A stretch of DNA of 64,000 nt from the NCBI GenBank assembly GCA_965247635.1, contig CBDFHJ010000008.1:252381-316380 (forward strand), in the 5' to 3' direction. The stretch comes from Dehalococcoidia bacterium (GTDB lineage Bacteria; Chloroflexota; Dehalococcoidia; Lucifugimonadales; Australimonadaceae). The notes beneath the pieces are model-generated. The model made no database searches. It was not told the DNA's origin and was given only the letters and a program-made list of their open reading frames with translations. Below are positions 1 to 9,432 of this stretch, in pieces. The position numbers and the translations under genes are program-made. Every line of letters starts with the position of its first letter. Positions within the stretch are counted from its first letter, which is position 1.

Positions 1-21
1 CTCTCATCACCCTACCTCCTG

Positions 22-780
22 TTAGCGGCGCGCCTTCCCCAAAAGGCCATCCGCACGAAAGCGTAGCTCATCCAGCTGCTCGGCATCTGGCGCTAACGCC
101 ATCTTTGGGTGGCGTTCGTTCCATGCCGCGGCCGCGGCCTCTAGTGGCATACCCGCCCGCGCCGTCAGGCACAGGATGGCCCAGGCGCGCACGGCCTCCG
201 CCGGGCTTTGGGTACCGCCCCCGTCGTCGGCCCGGTCATAGAAGAGGGCGGGCAGCCCGTGGCCGTTGATGAGGTTTTCGTAGAACTGTCCAACGTGTTT
301 CGCCGTGACGTTGGAAGAGAAGACGCGGATCTCCAGGCAGTACGGCCCCGAAGCCGTCTGCCGGACCACTGCCCTAATCGGAGGCGCGGACGGCACCACG
401 CCGAGGAAGAGGTACTGCTCCATCTCCCAGCGGGACAGCCCGTAGTCGCTGCTCAGCCGGTTGAGCTCTCCGCTGAACCGTTCAACCTCCTGCGCTCCCT
501 GCTCAGGCGCCATTCCCTTCTGCCGCCAGTTCAGGTTCTGGATCCACTGCTTACGTTTCTCATCACCCTCTTCGTTTACGGCGAAGGGCGCTTCTGGAGC
601 CCCCCAGAAGTGCTCCCGTATTGCCCGGACCCGATCGACGAAGTCCGAATAGTACAGCTCGAAAGTGAACGTGTTGTCGATCTGCTCAATCTGCCCTGCC
701 CCGCTCGGCTGCTTTGGTCCCAGGAGCGCGTCCACCTTCTCCCAGACCGCGGAGACTATGGCTGGTCCTTGTGTGCTCAT
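22..780 (-). CDS. hypothetical protein (252 aa)
   Basis: Long ORF with AGAGG-type RBS, directly downstream of the cNMP-binding gene on the same strand; no motif recognised. Confidence 0.7.
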   Translation of the reverse strand: MSTQGPAIVSAVWEKVDALLGPKQPSGAGQIEQIDNTFTFELYYSDFVDRVRAIREHFWGAPEAPFAVNEEGDEKRKQWIQNLNWRQKGMAPEQGAQEVERFSGELNRLSSDYGLSRWEMEQYLFLGVVPSAPPIRAVVRQTASGPYCLEIRVFSSNVTAKHVGQFYENLINGHGLPALFYDRADDGGGTQSPAEAVRAWAILCLTARAGMPLEAAAAAWNERHPKMALAPDAEQLDELRFRADGLLGKARR

Positions 781-825
781 CCTCTTGCTACCTCCTGCGC
801 CAATATCAAAGGCAGTACTTCGTGT

Positions 826-1287
826 CTAGATGTTGCTCGACACCCAGCGGTCCGCGTTTCGCACCATGGTTGCCAGGCCGGGGAGCATGGCCACGGCGAT
901 ACCCGGGTGCTCCTGGAGCGCGCTGAGAAAAGTCTCCCGCCCGAGGAAGTAACACTCCACGGGCTGCAGCGCCGTAACGCTGGCCGAGCGTGGCTCCCCA
1001 TCCAGCAGGCTGAGCTCTCCGAAGGTATTGCCAGGTCGGAGGATGGCCAGTACGGCCTCTATTTCCCCTGCGCCTGCCGCCTTGCTCACCCGGACCATTC
1101 CCGATTTGATGATATATAGACCGTCTGGCGGGTCGTTCTCCTTGATAATGGGCCCTTCCGGGAAGGAGAGGAGACGCATCTCCGCCGTCAAGCGCTCCAG
1201 GCCCTCCCGTTTCACGTACTTGAACAGGTCCACCGTAGCCAACGATTCGAGCGATTCCACCCGCATCCCTCCTGTCGTCAGAGTCAC
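826..1287 (-). CDS. stand-alone cyclic nucleotide-binding domain protein (Crp-type sensor, no HTH)
   Basis: Motifs LYIIKSG.VRV and GNTFGELSLLDGEPRSASVTA. The start may be the ATG at 1266. Confidence 0.9.
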   Translation of the reverse strand: MTLTTGGMRVESLESLATVDLFKYVKREGLERLTAEMRLLSFPEGPIIKENDPPDGLYIIKSGMVRVSKAAGAGEIEAVLAILRPGNTFGELSLLDGEPRSASVTALQPVECYFLGRETFLSALQEHPGIAVAMLPGLATMVRNADRWVSSNI

Positions 1288-1421
1288 GCCCTGGCCCCTT
1301 ACTGATGCCAGGATTATGCATGCGAGGATACATTATCAAGCCGTACTCCACCAACCAAGCCAGGCGCTAGCGCGGCAGCCCGCGTGTCGCACCTGAGGAG
1401 GGGTCTGGCCGACCGCGGGAG

Positions 1422-1450
1422 TTGAAGCGGGCCGAAGGGGCGTCTACAAT
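1422..1450 (+). promoter_or_regulatory. sigma70-type promoter of the MBL hydrolase gene
   Basis: TTGAAG-17 bp-TACAAT. Confidence 0.6.
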
Positions 1451-1500
1451 CCCCCCGGCGAGGGCCTGCATGAGTCACTCGAACGTTACGGAGGCAGTGT

Positions 1501-2262
1501 GTGAAGGTCACCGTTCTGGGAAGCAGCGCCGCCTACGCCGGTCCCGCCGACGCCTGTTCTGGATACCTCGTTGAGCACGGCGATGCCAAAGTCCTGCTGG
1601 ACTGCGGCACCGGCGTCATCAGCAGCCTGCAAGACCACGTCGAAGTCGGCGAGCTGACCCACATCGTCATTTCCCACATGCACGCCGATCATTTCTTCGA
1701 CCTCATCCCCCTTCACTACGCCCTCTGGCGCGGGTCGGAAAAGACCCGCCAAGCCAAGCCTCGGCTCCTCCTTCCGCCGAGCGGACTGCACGTCCTTCAG
1801 CAGGTGGGCGAGTTGGCCGGAAGCTCATTCGTTACCCTGGAGAACGTGTTTACACCGGAGGAGTACCGGCCGGGGGCGAGCCACGACCTTGGAGGTGTCG
1901 AGGCGGAGTTCACGCCTACGGAGCACTTCATTCCCGCCTACGCCATCACCTTGCGCGGCGGAAGCCGCCGGGTGACCTACTCCGCCGACTCCAGGCCCTG
2001 CCCCGCCCTGGTGCAGGCCGCCCAGGACGCCGACCTTTTCCTCTGCGAAGCGACCATCTTCGACGCTGCCGACACCGCGGGGCGTCGAGGGCACATGATG
2101 GCCCACGAGGCCGCCGAGGTAGCACGGCGCGCCGGCGTGGATTCCTTGGTGCTTACCCACTTCTGGCCTGACTGCGACCGGGCGCAAAGCCAGGACGAGG
2201 CGCGTTCAGTCTTCTCCGGCGCCACCGAGGTCGCGCACCAAGGCAGCTCCTTCTCTCTCTGA
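1501..2262 (+). CDS. MBL-fold metallo-hydrolase (RNase Z-like / cyclic-nucleotide phosphodiesterase type)
   Basis: SHMHADH, YSADS, LCEAT, GHM and LTHFWP motifs; GGAGG RBS before a GTG start. Confidence 0.9.
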   Translation: MKVTVLGSSAAYAGPADACSGYLVEHGDAKVLLDCGTGVISSLQDHVEVGELTHIVISHMHADHFFDLIPLHYALWRGSEKTRQAKPRLLLPPSGLHVLQQVGELAGSSFVTLENVFTPEEYRPGASHDLGGVEAEFTPTEHFIPAYAITLRGGSRRVTYSADSRPCPALVQAAQDADLFLCEATIFDAADTAGRRGHMMAHEAAEVARRAGVDSLVLTHFWPDCDRAQSQDEARSVFSGATEVAHQGSSFSL

Positions 2263-2384
2263 CCCCGCCAGGCCCTACGCTCCCAGCCCCGTGGGTCCCG
2301 CGGCCTGGAGGACCCGGGCAGCCACAGGCTCGGCCTTGCCCTTGAGCTCCAGGGTGCGCTGGGGGGCATCGGGGAACTGCGCGG

Positions 2385-3752
2385 GAGGTATCTTCAAGAA
2401 GTGTGTAAACAGTCAGGCGGTGTGCCCTCTCTCTGAACAACACGGGCTCGAGGCCCAAGAGAGGAGATAGACCGCCCATGAGGAAGGAAAGCACTGAGAG
2501 TAGGTCGGAGTCAAGGCCGGAGTGGGAGCAGTTGGAGGATTGGGTGCGAAGCCAGGTCCAGAGGCTGATCCAGGAGTTGCTGGAGGAGGAGGTGACGGCG
2601 TTTCTGGGAAGGGCGAAGTCGGCGCTCAGATCCGACTCGGACAACGATACCGGCTATCGGAACGGATACGGCAGAGCCCGGAGGCTTACGCTGAGTTCGG
2701 GAACGATACAGCTGAGGCGGCCGCGAGTCCGCGATACCGAGGAGCAGTTCGAGAGCCGGCTGCTGCCGCTGTTCGTCAACAGGACCAGGAAGGTTGCTGA
2801 GTTGATCCCCGAGCTGTACCTGCACGGTCTATCCGAAGGCGACTTCGATCTGGCTTTGCGGGGGCTGCTGGGAGAGGACGCACCGGTATCGGCGAGCACG
2901 GTGGCCCGGTTGAAGTCCAAGTGGAACGATGAGCTTGCCCAATGGCGCAGCCGGCCCCTAGATGACCTGGAAGTGGTCTACATGTGGGTGGATGGAGTCT
3001 ACGTCAAGGCTGGTCTTGAGAAGGAGAAGGCGGCAGTACTGGTGGTGGTGGCGGCCCTGAGCGACGGGAGCAAGGTGGTGGTGAGCGCTGTTCCCGGATA
3101 CAGGGAGTCCACAGAGAACTGGTCCGATGTGCTCAGGGACATGAGGCGCCGCGGGCTGGAGTGCCCGAGGCTGGTGGTTGGGGACGGACACCTGGGCATC
3201 TGGGGAGCTCTGCGCAACGTCTATCCGCAGGCGGCAGAGCAACGCTGCTGGAACCACAAGATCGTAAACGTGCTCGCCAAGCTTCCAAAGCGACAACAGG
3301 ACCAGGCCAAGCTCATGCTGCGTACTATCCCCTACGCGCCGACTCGGACAGAGGCTGAGCGGCTCAGGACGGTGTTCACCAGGTGGTGCGGCGACCATTC
3401 CTACGAGGCGGCCTCAGAGGCCTTGGAGCGGGACTGGGACCGCATGGTCACCTTCTATGACTTCCCAAAGGAGCACTAGGGGCACCTTCGCACGACGAAC
3501 CCGGTAGAATCACCCTTCGCGGCCCTCAGGCTTCGGACCGATGCCGCCAAGCGCTACAAGAGGGTCGATCGGGCGATAGCGGTGATCTGGAAAATGTTGA
3601 TGGTCGCCGAACAGCGCTTCAGGCGTCTGAAGGCCCCTGAGTTGATCGAAGACGTCTATCTCGGTGCACAGTATGCGGATGGAATCGCCATTGAGTCAAC
3701 GGCTGAGAAGGTCGCCGCCTGATGTCGTTTACACACCTATTGACGTAACCTC
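2385..3752 (+). mobile_element. IS256-family insertion sequence
   Basis: 26-bp imperfect TIRs (GAGGTATCTTCAAGAAGTGTGTAAAC at 2385 vs reverse complement of 3727-3752, 21/26 identical); 8-bp TSD CTGCGCGG at 2377-2384 and 3753-3760. Confidence 0.95.
2478..3722 (+). pseudogene. IS256 (Mutator) DDE transposase with internal TAG
   Basis: YRNGY, YMWVDG, VVGDG and QRCWNHK motifs. A TAG after ...FPKEH is followed in frame by GHLRTTNPVESPFAALRLRT...EKVAA*. Confidence 0.9.
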
Positions 3753-4585
3753 CTGCGCGGCCACCAGCCGGTACAACGCTTCCGTAACCAGCACCTCGCT
3801 GGACTGTGCCGCCCCCTGGAGCCGTGCCGCCGTATTTACCACGTCCCCGATCACGGTGAAGTCCCGGGTTTCACCTTCTCCCACGTTCCCCATGAACGCT
3901 TCACCGGTCCCCACGCCGCCACCCACGTGCAGCGCGTCTTCGCTCTCCTCCAGCGCCTCGACTCCGGCGACGATCTCCATCGCCGCCTGGACCGCCCGTT
4001 GTGGGTGGTCCTCGGACCGGAAGGGCGCGCCGAAGAAAGCCATCACCTGATCGCCCACGAGCTTATCGAGCGTGCCGTCCAGGTCGAACACTACCTGGGT
4101 GGCCAGACGATAGAACCGATTGAGGCGATTAACCACCTCGATGGGCGGGAGTCGCTCCGATAGCGAGGTAAAGCCGCGCACGTCCACAAACAGCACCGGC
4201 AGAGAGGTCTGGTCCCCTCCCGGGGGAGCCAGCTCGTATCATATGGTGCATAGGTTAGGGTTCTTCCGCGAAGGCCGCACTTGAAAGAGCCGAAGCGGCC
4301 ACGAAAAAGGCCCTTGGAAGGGCAAAAAGCACCGCTTGCATCGCTTGCCCGACGGGGACGCGGCGCCAGAGGAACCGCGCGCCCCGGTCCTGGCCTATGA
4401 GCGCACGCAGGCCAACGGCCGGCCAGACTAAGGGGTTTCTTACCATACCTCCCTGGGCCTATGGAGCGGAGCCGAGTTGCCAGCTACTGGACGTTACGCC
4501 GCTCCTACCGTGCCGATGGTACCAGCAATCGCCCGATCATGTGTAAGCTGGTCCCAGGGTAGCGGCGCCGCCGCAGAGGAAAGCA

Positions 4586-4620
4586 ATGGCCCCGTCCGGA
4601 CAAGCCGGAACGGGGCCATT
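4586..4620 (-). terminator. hairpin terminator after the dioxygenase pair
   Basis: Inverted repeat AATGGCCCCGT...ACGGGGCCATT just past the stop at 4638. Confidence 0.6.
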
Positions 4621-4637
4621 CACCGTAGCGAGCGTGA

Positions 4638-5588
4638 CTACTTCGCCGTTGTTGCTTCCGTGGGCCAGTAGGCCCAGCCCAGCCCCGTGACCGCGTGGTT
4701 GGCGGGCAGGTAGTCGATCACCTCGGCACGGCTGCCCATCTCCTCCAGCGCGCCGGCCACGGTAATCCAGGCCCGGTCCTCCCCGGTTCCGCCGCGCATG
4801 GTCAACGAGTCGAAGGCGTACATGGCCTTGGTGGCCTCCCCCTTGCCAGCGGCAATCTGGTCCAGGAACCAGCGGTCCAGCGGCGCGTCCACCCAGCCGG
4901 AGCGTGGCCCGCCGGGGTCGTGGGAGAGTCCGCCGGAGCCGTAGATGGCGATCCGGCGTGGGTCGTCCTTCAGCAGCCGCGCAAGCGCCCGGCCCAGCTC
5001 GTAGCAGCGCGCCGCCGATGGCGACGGCGGGTCGTACGTATTCTCGTACAGGATCACCGTCGGGATGTCCAGGTTGGGCATGAGCCACGGCGACGGGCGG
5101 ATGAAGGCGTGAGGCAAGCCCCGCTCAGGGTTGCCTAGGTTCACCTGCTCGCTGCTGAAGGAGGCGTCAAACCCCTCTTCGGTTACCAGCTTGTTCAGCA
5201 GCCATTGGGAGGTCTCCACGTCCACCTTCAGGCGAACGATATCCTCCTCCGACACTGGCTGACCGAAGATGGCGTTGTGGCCCCACGTCGTGTCGCCCAG
5301 GTAGACCATGAAGCAGGCCTTGTTGCTGGAGTCGAACATCTCGTTCTGGTCGCCGCCGACGATGATGAGCAGCTCCGCGCCCGACTCGGCCAGCTTGTCC
5401 CGTAGGACCCCGAAGGAGTGGCCCACCCGCTTGATGTAGTTGTTGAGCACCTCGGGGGTCTCCTTGGCCGCCTCGGGCGGCTGAGGCGTCGTCCGCTTTA
5501 GCCGCTGGTACGTGTCCTCCCAAGCATCCGGTGTGAACAGGTTTATCGAGGGTGCATGCGAGGATGCCAGTCCTAGTACGATGGGCAT
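4638..5588 (-). CDS. LigB/class III extradiol ring-cleavage dioxygenase family protein
   Basis: ASSHAP, GGDQ, PHAF, GSGGLSH and GGTGE.R.W motifs. Confidence 0.85.
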   Translation of the reverse strand: MPIVLGLASSHAPSINLFTPDAWEDTYQRLKRTTPQPPEAAKETPEVLNNYIKRVGHSFGVLRDKLAESGAELLIIVGGDQNEMFDSSNKACFMVYLGDTTWGHNAIFGQPVSEEDIVRLKVDVETSQWLLNKLVTEEGFDASFSSEQVNLGNPERGLPHAFIRPSPWLMPNLDIPTVILYENTYDPPSPSAARCYELGRALARLLKDDPRRIAIYGSGGLSHDPGGPRSGWVDAPLDRWFLDQIAAGKGEATKAMYAFDSLTMRGGTGEDRAWITVAGALEEMGSRAEVIDYLPANHAVTGLGWAYWPTEATTAK

Positions 5589-5627
5589 AATGGGACCTCC
5601 GTTTTCCTGAGTTCGACCGCTGCTCGA

Positions 5628-6626
5628 TCAGGCCTGGGCGGAAGCGTTTCTCCGGCTTCGCCCTCCGCTGGCCGTTGTCCTTCTTACCGGCGCGGCGCCG
5701 GCGATGGGCCAGTAGGCAAAGCCGATGCCCGTGGCTGCCGAGTACACTACGATGTAGTCTATCACAGTGGCCTTGGTATCAAGCGCCTCGCACGCACCGG
5801 CAACCGCCGCCCACAGCCGCATTTCCGCAACGCCTCCGTGCACGCTGTCCGACTCCACGTCGTACAACGGCCCCAGCGCGGCCCCCTTGCCCCGGGCCAT
5901 GTGGTCCAGCATCCACCGGTCCAGGAGGTAATCGACCCACCCAGCACGGGGGCGATGATGGTCGTGGGACAGCCCGCCGATGGCTACCAGGGCCACCCGC
6001 TCAGGCCGCTCTTGTAGGACTGCGCCCAGTGCCTGGCCAAAGGCGTAGCACCGGTGGCCGCTGGGCGCGGGGGGCACGTGCGCGTTCACGAAAATCGGCA
6101 CCACCGGCACGTCCAGTTTTGGCGTGAGTGCCCGGACCCCTGCCACCAGCGAGGCGGGAGCGCCGTATTCGGGCGCCCCCAGCGGCCGGAACGTATGCAG
6201 GTGGTTCATGTCGAACTCATGCTCGATGAGCTGCTGCTCGACGAACTGGGCCAGCTCCGGCGCGCACTTCAGCTGCACGATGTCATCCTCCGCCTTCTCA
6301 CCCAGCCCCGAGTACCGCGTGCTTCCCCAGATCTCTTCCCCCATGAAGCTGGCGAACTGAGGGACCTGCACCTGCGAAAACACACGGCCCGAGTCGGTCA
6401 CCAGCACCACCAGCGCGTCGGGCTTGTACGCCGCTAGCTGCCTGCAAAGCTCAGCGTACCCTGCCTCGATGGCCTTCCCGTGCCGCTGCACCACCTCCGC
6501 CGTTTCCTCCTCCAGCTCGTTCGGCAAGGGTGCGTTGCCCACCAGCCACTGGTGGATCTTGGGCCATTCTTCGGTGCCGCGGAGCACGGGTGGTGAATAG
6601 GAAGCTGCAATTCCAAGGCCGAGCAT
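5628..6626 (-). CDS. LigB/class III extradiol dioxygenase paralog (degenerate)
   Basis: Colinear with the neighbouring gene (GGLSHD, GWVD..LDRW, GG.AE.R.W). ATG at 6626 follows GGAGGAG. Confidence 0.8.
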   Translation of the reverse strand: MLGLGIAASYSPPVLRGTEEWPKIHQWLVGNAPLPNELEEETAEVVQRHGKAIEAGYAELCRQLAAYKPDALVVLVTDSGRVFSQVQVPQFASFMGEEIWGSTRYSGLGEKAEDDIVQLKCAPELAQFVEQQLIEHEFDMNHLHTFRPLGAPEYGAPASLVAGVRALTPKLDVPVVPIFVNAHVPPAPSGHRCYAFGQALGAVLQERPERVALVAIGGLSHDHHRPRAGWVDYLLDRWMLDHMARGKGAALGPLYDVESDSVHGGVAEMRLWAAVAGACEALDTKATVIDYIVVYSAATGIGFAYWPIAGAAPVRRTTASGGRSRRNASAQA

Positions 6627-6638
6627 AGGTGTCTCCTC

Positions 6639-6682
6639 CGTAGCGGCCACCGTAATGTGCGTAGCGGCCACCGTAATGTGCG
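6639..6682. repeat. 21-bp perfect tandem duplication
   Basis: CGTAGCGGCCACCGTAATGTG x2. Confidence 0.9.
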
Positions 6683-6756
6683 CCAAGAAGGGCATGTGGC
6701 CGTCGCCGAGCAAGAATAGCAGACCTGGGTTACCGCCGGAAGCCGTACCGCCAGGC

Positions 6757-7671
6757 CTATCCTTTCTTGTCCTTGCCTCTCGTAGAAAAACTGACCACGT
6801 GGGCCGAAGGGGTGGAGGCTGCTGCGTCGCCCAGGTGGACTGGCTGGTCGTCGAAGTAGATGTGGGGTTTGAAAGCCTGTAGCGCTTTCGTTTTGTTCAT
6901 TCCGCTCAGGAAGAACGACTCGTTGACGGTGACGCCCCACGATCGGAGCGTCTTGATGAACCGCAGGTGGGCCGGTGCGCCGCGTGAGGTGACCAAAGCC
7001 GTCCGGATAGGGCACTCTCTGGCGGGGAACCGTTGCTGAATGGAGCCGATCGCCTGGAGCAGGCCCTTGAACGGACCGGGGTTCATGGGCGTGTCCTCCA
7101 TGGCCCGCTCATGCGCGTTGAACGCTTCCAACCCCTCGTCCTGGTAGATACGTTCCGATTCATCGCCGAAGAGCACCGCGTCGCCATCGAAGGCGATGCG
7201 TACCTCGCTGACGTCCTCCGCCAAGGTCGTCGGTGGCGGGTAGGCCCGGCCCGCCGCGAATCCCGCCGCCAGAGCCGCGCTGACGTCGTCTTGGTGTGCC
7301 GACAGGAACAGGTCGCAGGAGAAGGTGTCGAGGTAGTGGTACGGGTCGCTGCCGTCGGTAAACGCCATCCGTGAGATGGACAGCTTGTGGGCTTCGATGG
7401 AGTTGATGATACGCAGGCCCGACTCCGCGTCATTGCGGGTGAGCAGCACCACCTCCACCATCGGCTCATGGACCCGCACGTTGATGGCCAGCAGCGCCTG
7501 GACCAGCGGGTAGCCCGTCCCCGGTTTCAGCGGCACGTCCTCGCGCTTTAGCTGGTATTCGCGGTACGCCGCTAGCCCTTGGCGCTCGTAGATACGGTGC
7601 GCCTCGTCCAGGTCGAAGAGCGCCCGCGACGTGATCGCCACCACCAGCTTATCGTCAAGGGTATCTGGCAT
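6757..7671 (-). CDS. 5'-nucleotidase (HAD-like, NT5C1A-type)
   Basis: VAITSRALFDL, RIAFDGDAVLF, TALVTSR.APAH and PHIYFDDQ motifs. Confidence 0.9.
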   Translation of the reverse strand: MPDTLDDKLVVAITSRALFDLDEAHRIYERQGLAAYREYQLKREDVPLKPGTGYPLVQALLAINVRVHEPMVEVVLLTRNDAESGLRIINSIEAHKLSISRMAFTDGSDPYHYLDTFSCDLFLSAHQDDVSAALAAGFAAGRAYPPPTTLAEDVSEVRIAFDGDAVLFGDESERIYQDEGLEAFNAHERAMEDTPMNPGPFKGLLQAIGSIQQRFPARECPIRTALVTSRGAPAHLRFIKTLRSWGVTVNESFFLSGMNKTKALQAFKPHIYFDDQPVHLGDAAASTPSAHVVSFSTRGKDKKG

Positions 7672-8153
7672 CGGCCGCCTTACCTCCAGTATAGCGGGCC
7701 GGGCACGGCTGGGTCAGGGCACCTTGTCTCTCACCACGACGAGTTCTCGACCAGGCGGTGCATCCGCCAGCCCACCACAAGCTGAGCCTATCGTATTCCG
7801 CTGGTATTCGTGCCTTAGACACCGCGTATCAAGGGGTATAATCGAGGCGCCTTTGCCTTTTCGTGGAGGTAGGCTAATATTTTCCTCGGCGTCGGCGTAG
7901 CGTTCAGCAAGGTTTACCCATCCTGGCTTGGGTGGTTCATTGCTTTGGTAGGAGTCCTTGGTGCCGCCACCGGGTTTGGCGTCGGCGTGGCTGGGACCAA
8001 CGACGCTTACCTGGTGGCCTTTATCGCTTCGCTCGCTCTCACCAGTGTGTGGGCGTTGCTCATGGGCGTCTGGACTGCCCGCAAGGCGTGGTAAGCTAAG
8101 CCACCCGGCGTAGCTGGGCCATCTGCTTAGCGGCCGCGCGGTAAGGGAGCGCC

Positions 8154-8372
8154 GTGGAAGAGATCATCACCATCGCCGACATGAACGAGGTCTACTCGGT
8201 CACCGACGAGCTTGGGATCGACCGAGAGACCATCCGGGTGGAGCTTACCAAGGAGGACCCAGGCTCCGTTCAGCGCGGCGCGGGCGGCACCACCGAGATC
8301 GTGCTGCCGCTGACGACACCCCTCGCGGAGTGGCTGCCCACGCTGCGGGCCGAGGTCGAGCGGCTCCTGTAA
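8154..8372 (+). CDS. small acidic hypothetical protein (72 aa)
   Basis: GGGAG RBS, GTG start, GC-rich third codon positions. Confidence 0.7.
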   Translation: MEEIITIADMNEVYSVTDELGIDRETIRVELTKEDPGSVQRGAGGTTEIVLPLTTPLAEWLPTLRAEVERLL

Positions 8373-8392
8373 TGCGCGCCGTCGCCAAGCGG

Positions 8393-8701
8393 CTACCCAT
8401 CCCCAACGGGTGGACCGGGCAGTAGCTCCGCCAACGCCGCGATCACCCACTCGGCCTCCTCCATTGAAAGCGCGAACGGCTTTCGGCTGGTGGACGGCAC
8501 CGTAATGTAGTAGCGGAAGCTCTCCCATACCCGCTCGGCGTCCACGCTGGCCGGCGACCGTAGGAGGGCGGGAAAGTACTGCCGAAAGAACCGGTCCAGC
8601 ATCTGCCACCGCGACGCCTCGTCTGGAACGAGGCCCGCCAGGGCGGCGTCCGCTCGGCGCAGCAGCGCGTCCGGTGGTGTCTCGCTGCGTTCCTCTGCCA
8701 T
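8393..8701 (-). CDS. hypothetical protein (102 aa)
   Basis: GAGGTG RBS before ATG; coherent ORF. Confidence 0.65.
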   Translation of the reverse strand: MAEERSETPPDALLRRADAALAGLVPDEASRWQMLDRFFRQYFPALLRSPASVDAERVWESFRYYITVPSTSRKPFALSMEEAEWVIAALAELLPGPPVGDG

Positions 8702-8807
8702 CGCACCTCTCTCGACAGACGGCTCCCATCATACGTCAGCCGTGGAAACCCTCCCTGTGGTAACCTTCTCCTCTGCGAACGACTACCTCGACCGACAGGA
8801 GGAAAGT

Positions 8808-9215
8808 ATGAGCATCAGCCATCAGGAAGCTAGGCGCATTCTCGACGCGGCCATCGCCAAGGCGGACGAGCTAGGGATCAAGGTCGGCATCTCCGTCGTT
8901 GACGACCACGCCGACTTGGTCGCGTCCATCGTCATGGGAGGCGCCGGGTTCCTCTTTCTCCCGCAGGCCTCCATGGGCAAGGCCATGGCCACCGTGGTCT
9001 GGAGAGGACAGCTCAGCGGCGCGCTCAACGAGCGGGCTGGCGCCCCCATGTTCCAGGCCGTGAACGCGATGTACAACAACAAGCTGGTCTACCAACAGGG
9101 CGCCGTGCCCCTCAAGCGGGGCGATGAGCTTATCGGCGCGGTGGGTGCGGGTGGCGCCTCCCCGCAGCAGGACGAAGAGGTCGCCGCCGCGGGCGCCGCA
9201 GCCCTCGAGGGTTAG
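8808..9215 (+). CDS. GlcG/HbpS family heme-binding protein
   Basis: ISVVDD, GKAMAT and GAVPL...IGAVGAGG...QDEEVA motifs; GGAGG RBS. Confidence 0.85.
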   Translation: MSISHQEARRILDAAIAKADELGIKVGISVVDDHADLVASIVMGGAGFLFLPQASMGKAMATVVWRGQLSGALNERAGAPMFQAVNAMYNNKLVYQQGAVPLKRGDELIGAVGAGGASPQQDEEVAAAGAAALEG

Positions 9216-9261
9216 GCGGTCCTGGGATCCAGCTTTCTGGAACGCTCTCCCTTTGAAGCAT

Positions 9262-9299
9262 TGTCATTCCGAGCTGTCGGAAACGGAGCAAGGAATCTC
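9262..9299 (+). repeat. half copy of the TGTCATTCCGAGC...AGGAATCTC palindromic element
   Basis: Same ends as the copies at 22710, 36832, 53279 and 62659. Confidence 0.6.
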
Positions 9300-9432
9300 G
9301 TCTTCATTGACTTAATCGGAGAAGGGTAGACTGAGGGTGACGGCGCGCGTAATGGCGTCTGTCGCACCAGACGTGCCCACTGCCGCATCCTACCTGATAG
9401 CATGGATACCACGTCCCGTAGGAGGAGACGCG

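Larger units (their letters stand above)
2275..4196 (-). pseudogene. class III adenylate/guanylate cyclase interrupted by IS256
   Basis: 4196-3753 encodes LFVDVRGFT...DKLVGDQVMAFFG...DFTVIGDVVNTAARLQ...RLVAAQ. Removing the IS and one TSD copy restores the in-frame tail FPDAPQRTLELKGKAEPVAARVLQAAGPTGLGA* (stop 2275-2277). Confidence 0.9.

Noticed and set aside
208-1119. Long antisense and shadow ORFs (also 22864-23916, 28085-28987, 37554-38564, 59734-60984)
   Set aside because: They overlap well-supported genes on the opposite strand and are expected in high-GC DNA.
3478-3480. Pyrrolysine or recoded TAG in the transposase
   Set aside because: TAG is used as a normal stop by many genes here and no pyl genes are present; a TGG-to-TAG change is simpler.
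826-4196. Pycsar anti-phage system
   Set aside because: The cyclase has ATP-specifying residues, the cNMP protein has no TM or TIR effector domain, and the genes are not co-oriented in one operon.
4300-4490. c-di-GMP-I riboswitch (GGCAAA...GGGACGC...CTAAG...GTTGCC fragments)
   Set aside because: Spacing is wrong and the GCAAAGC core is missing.
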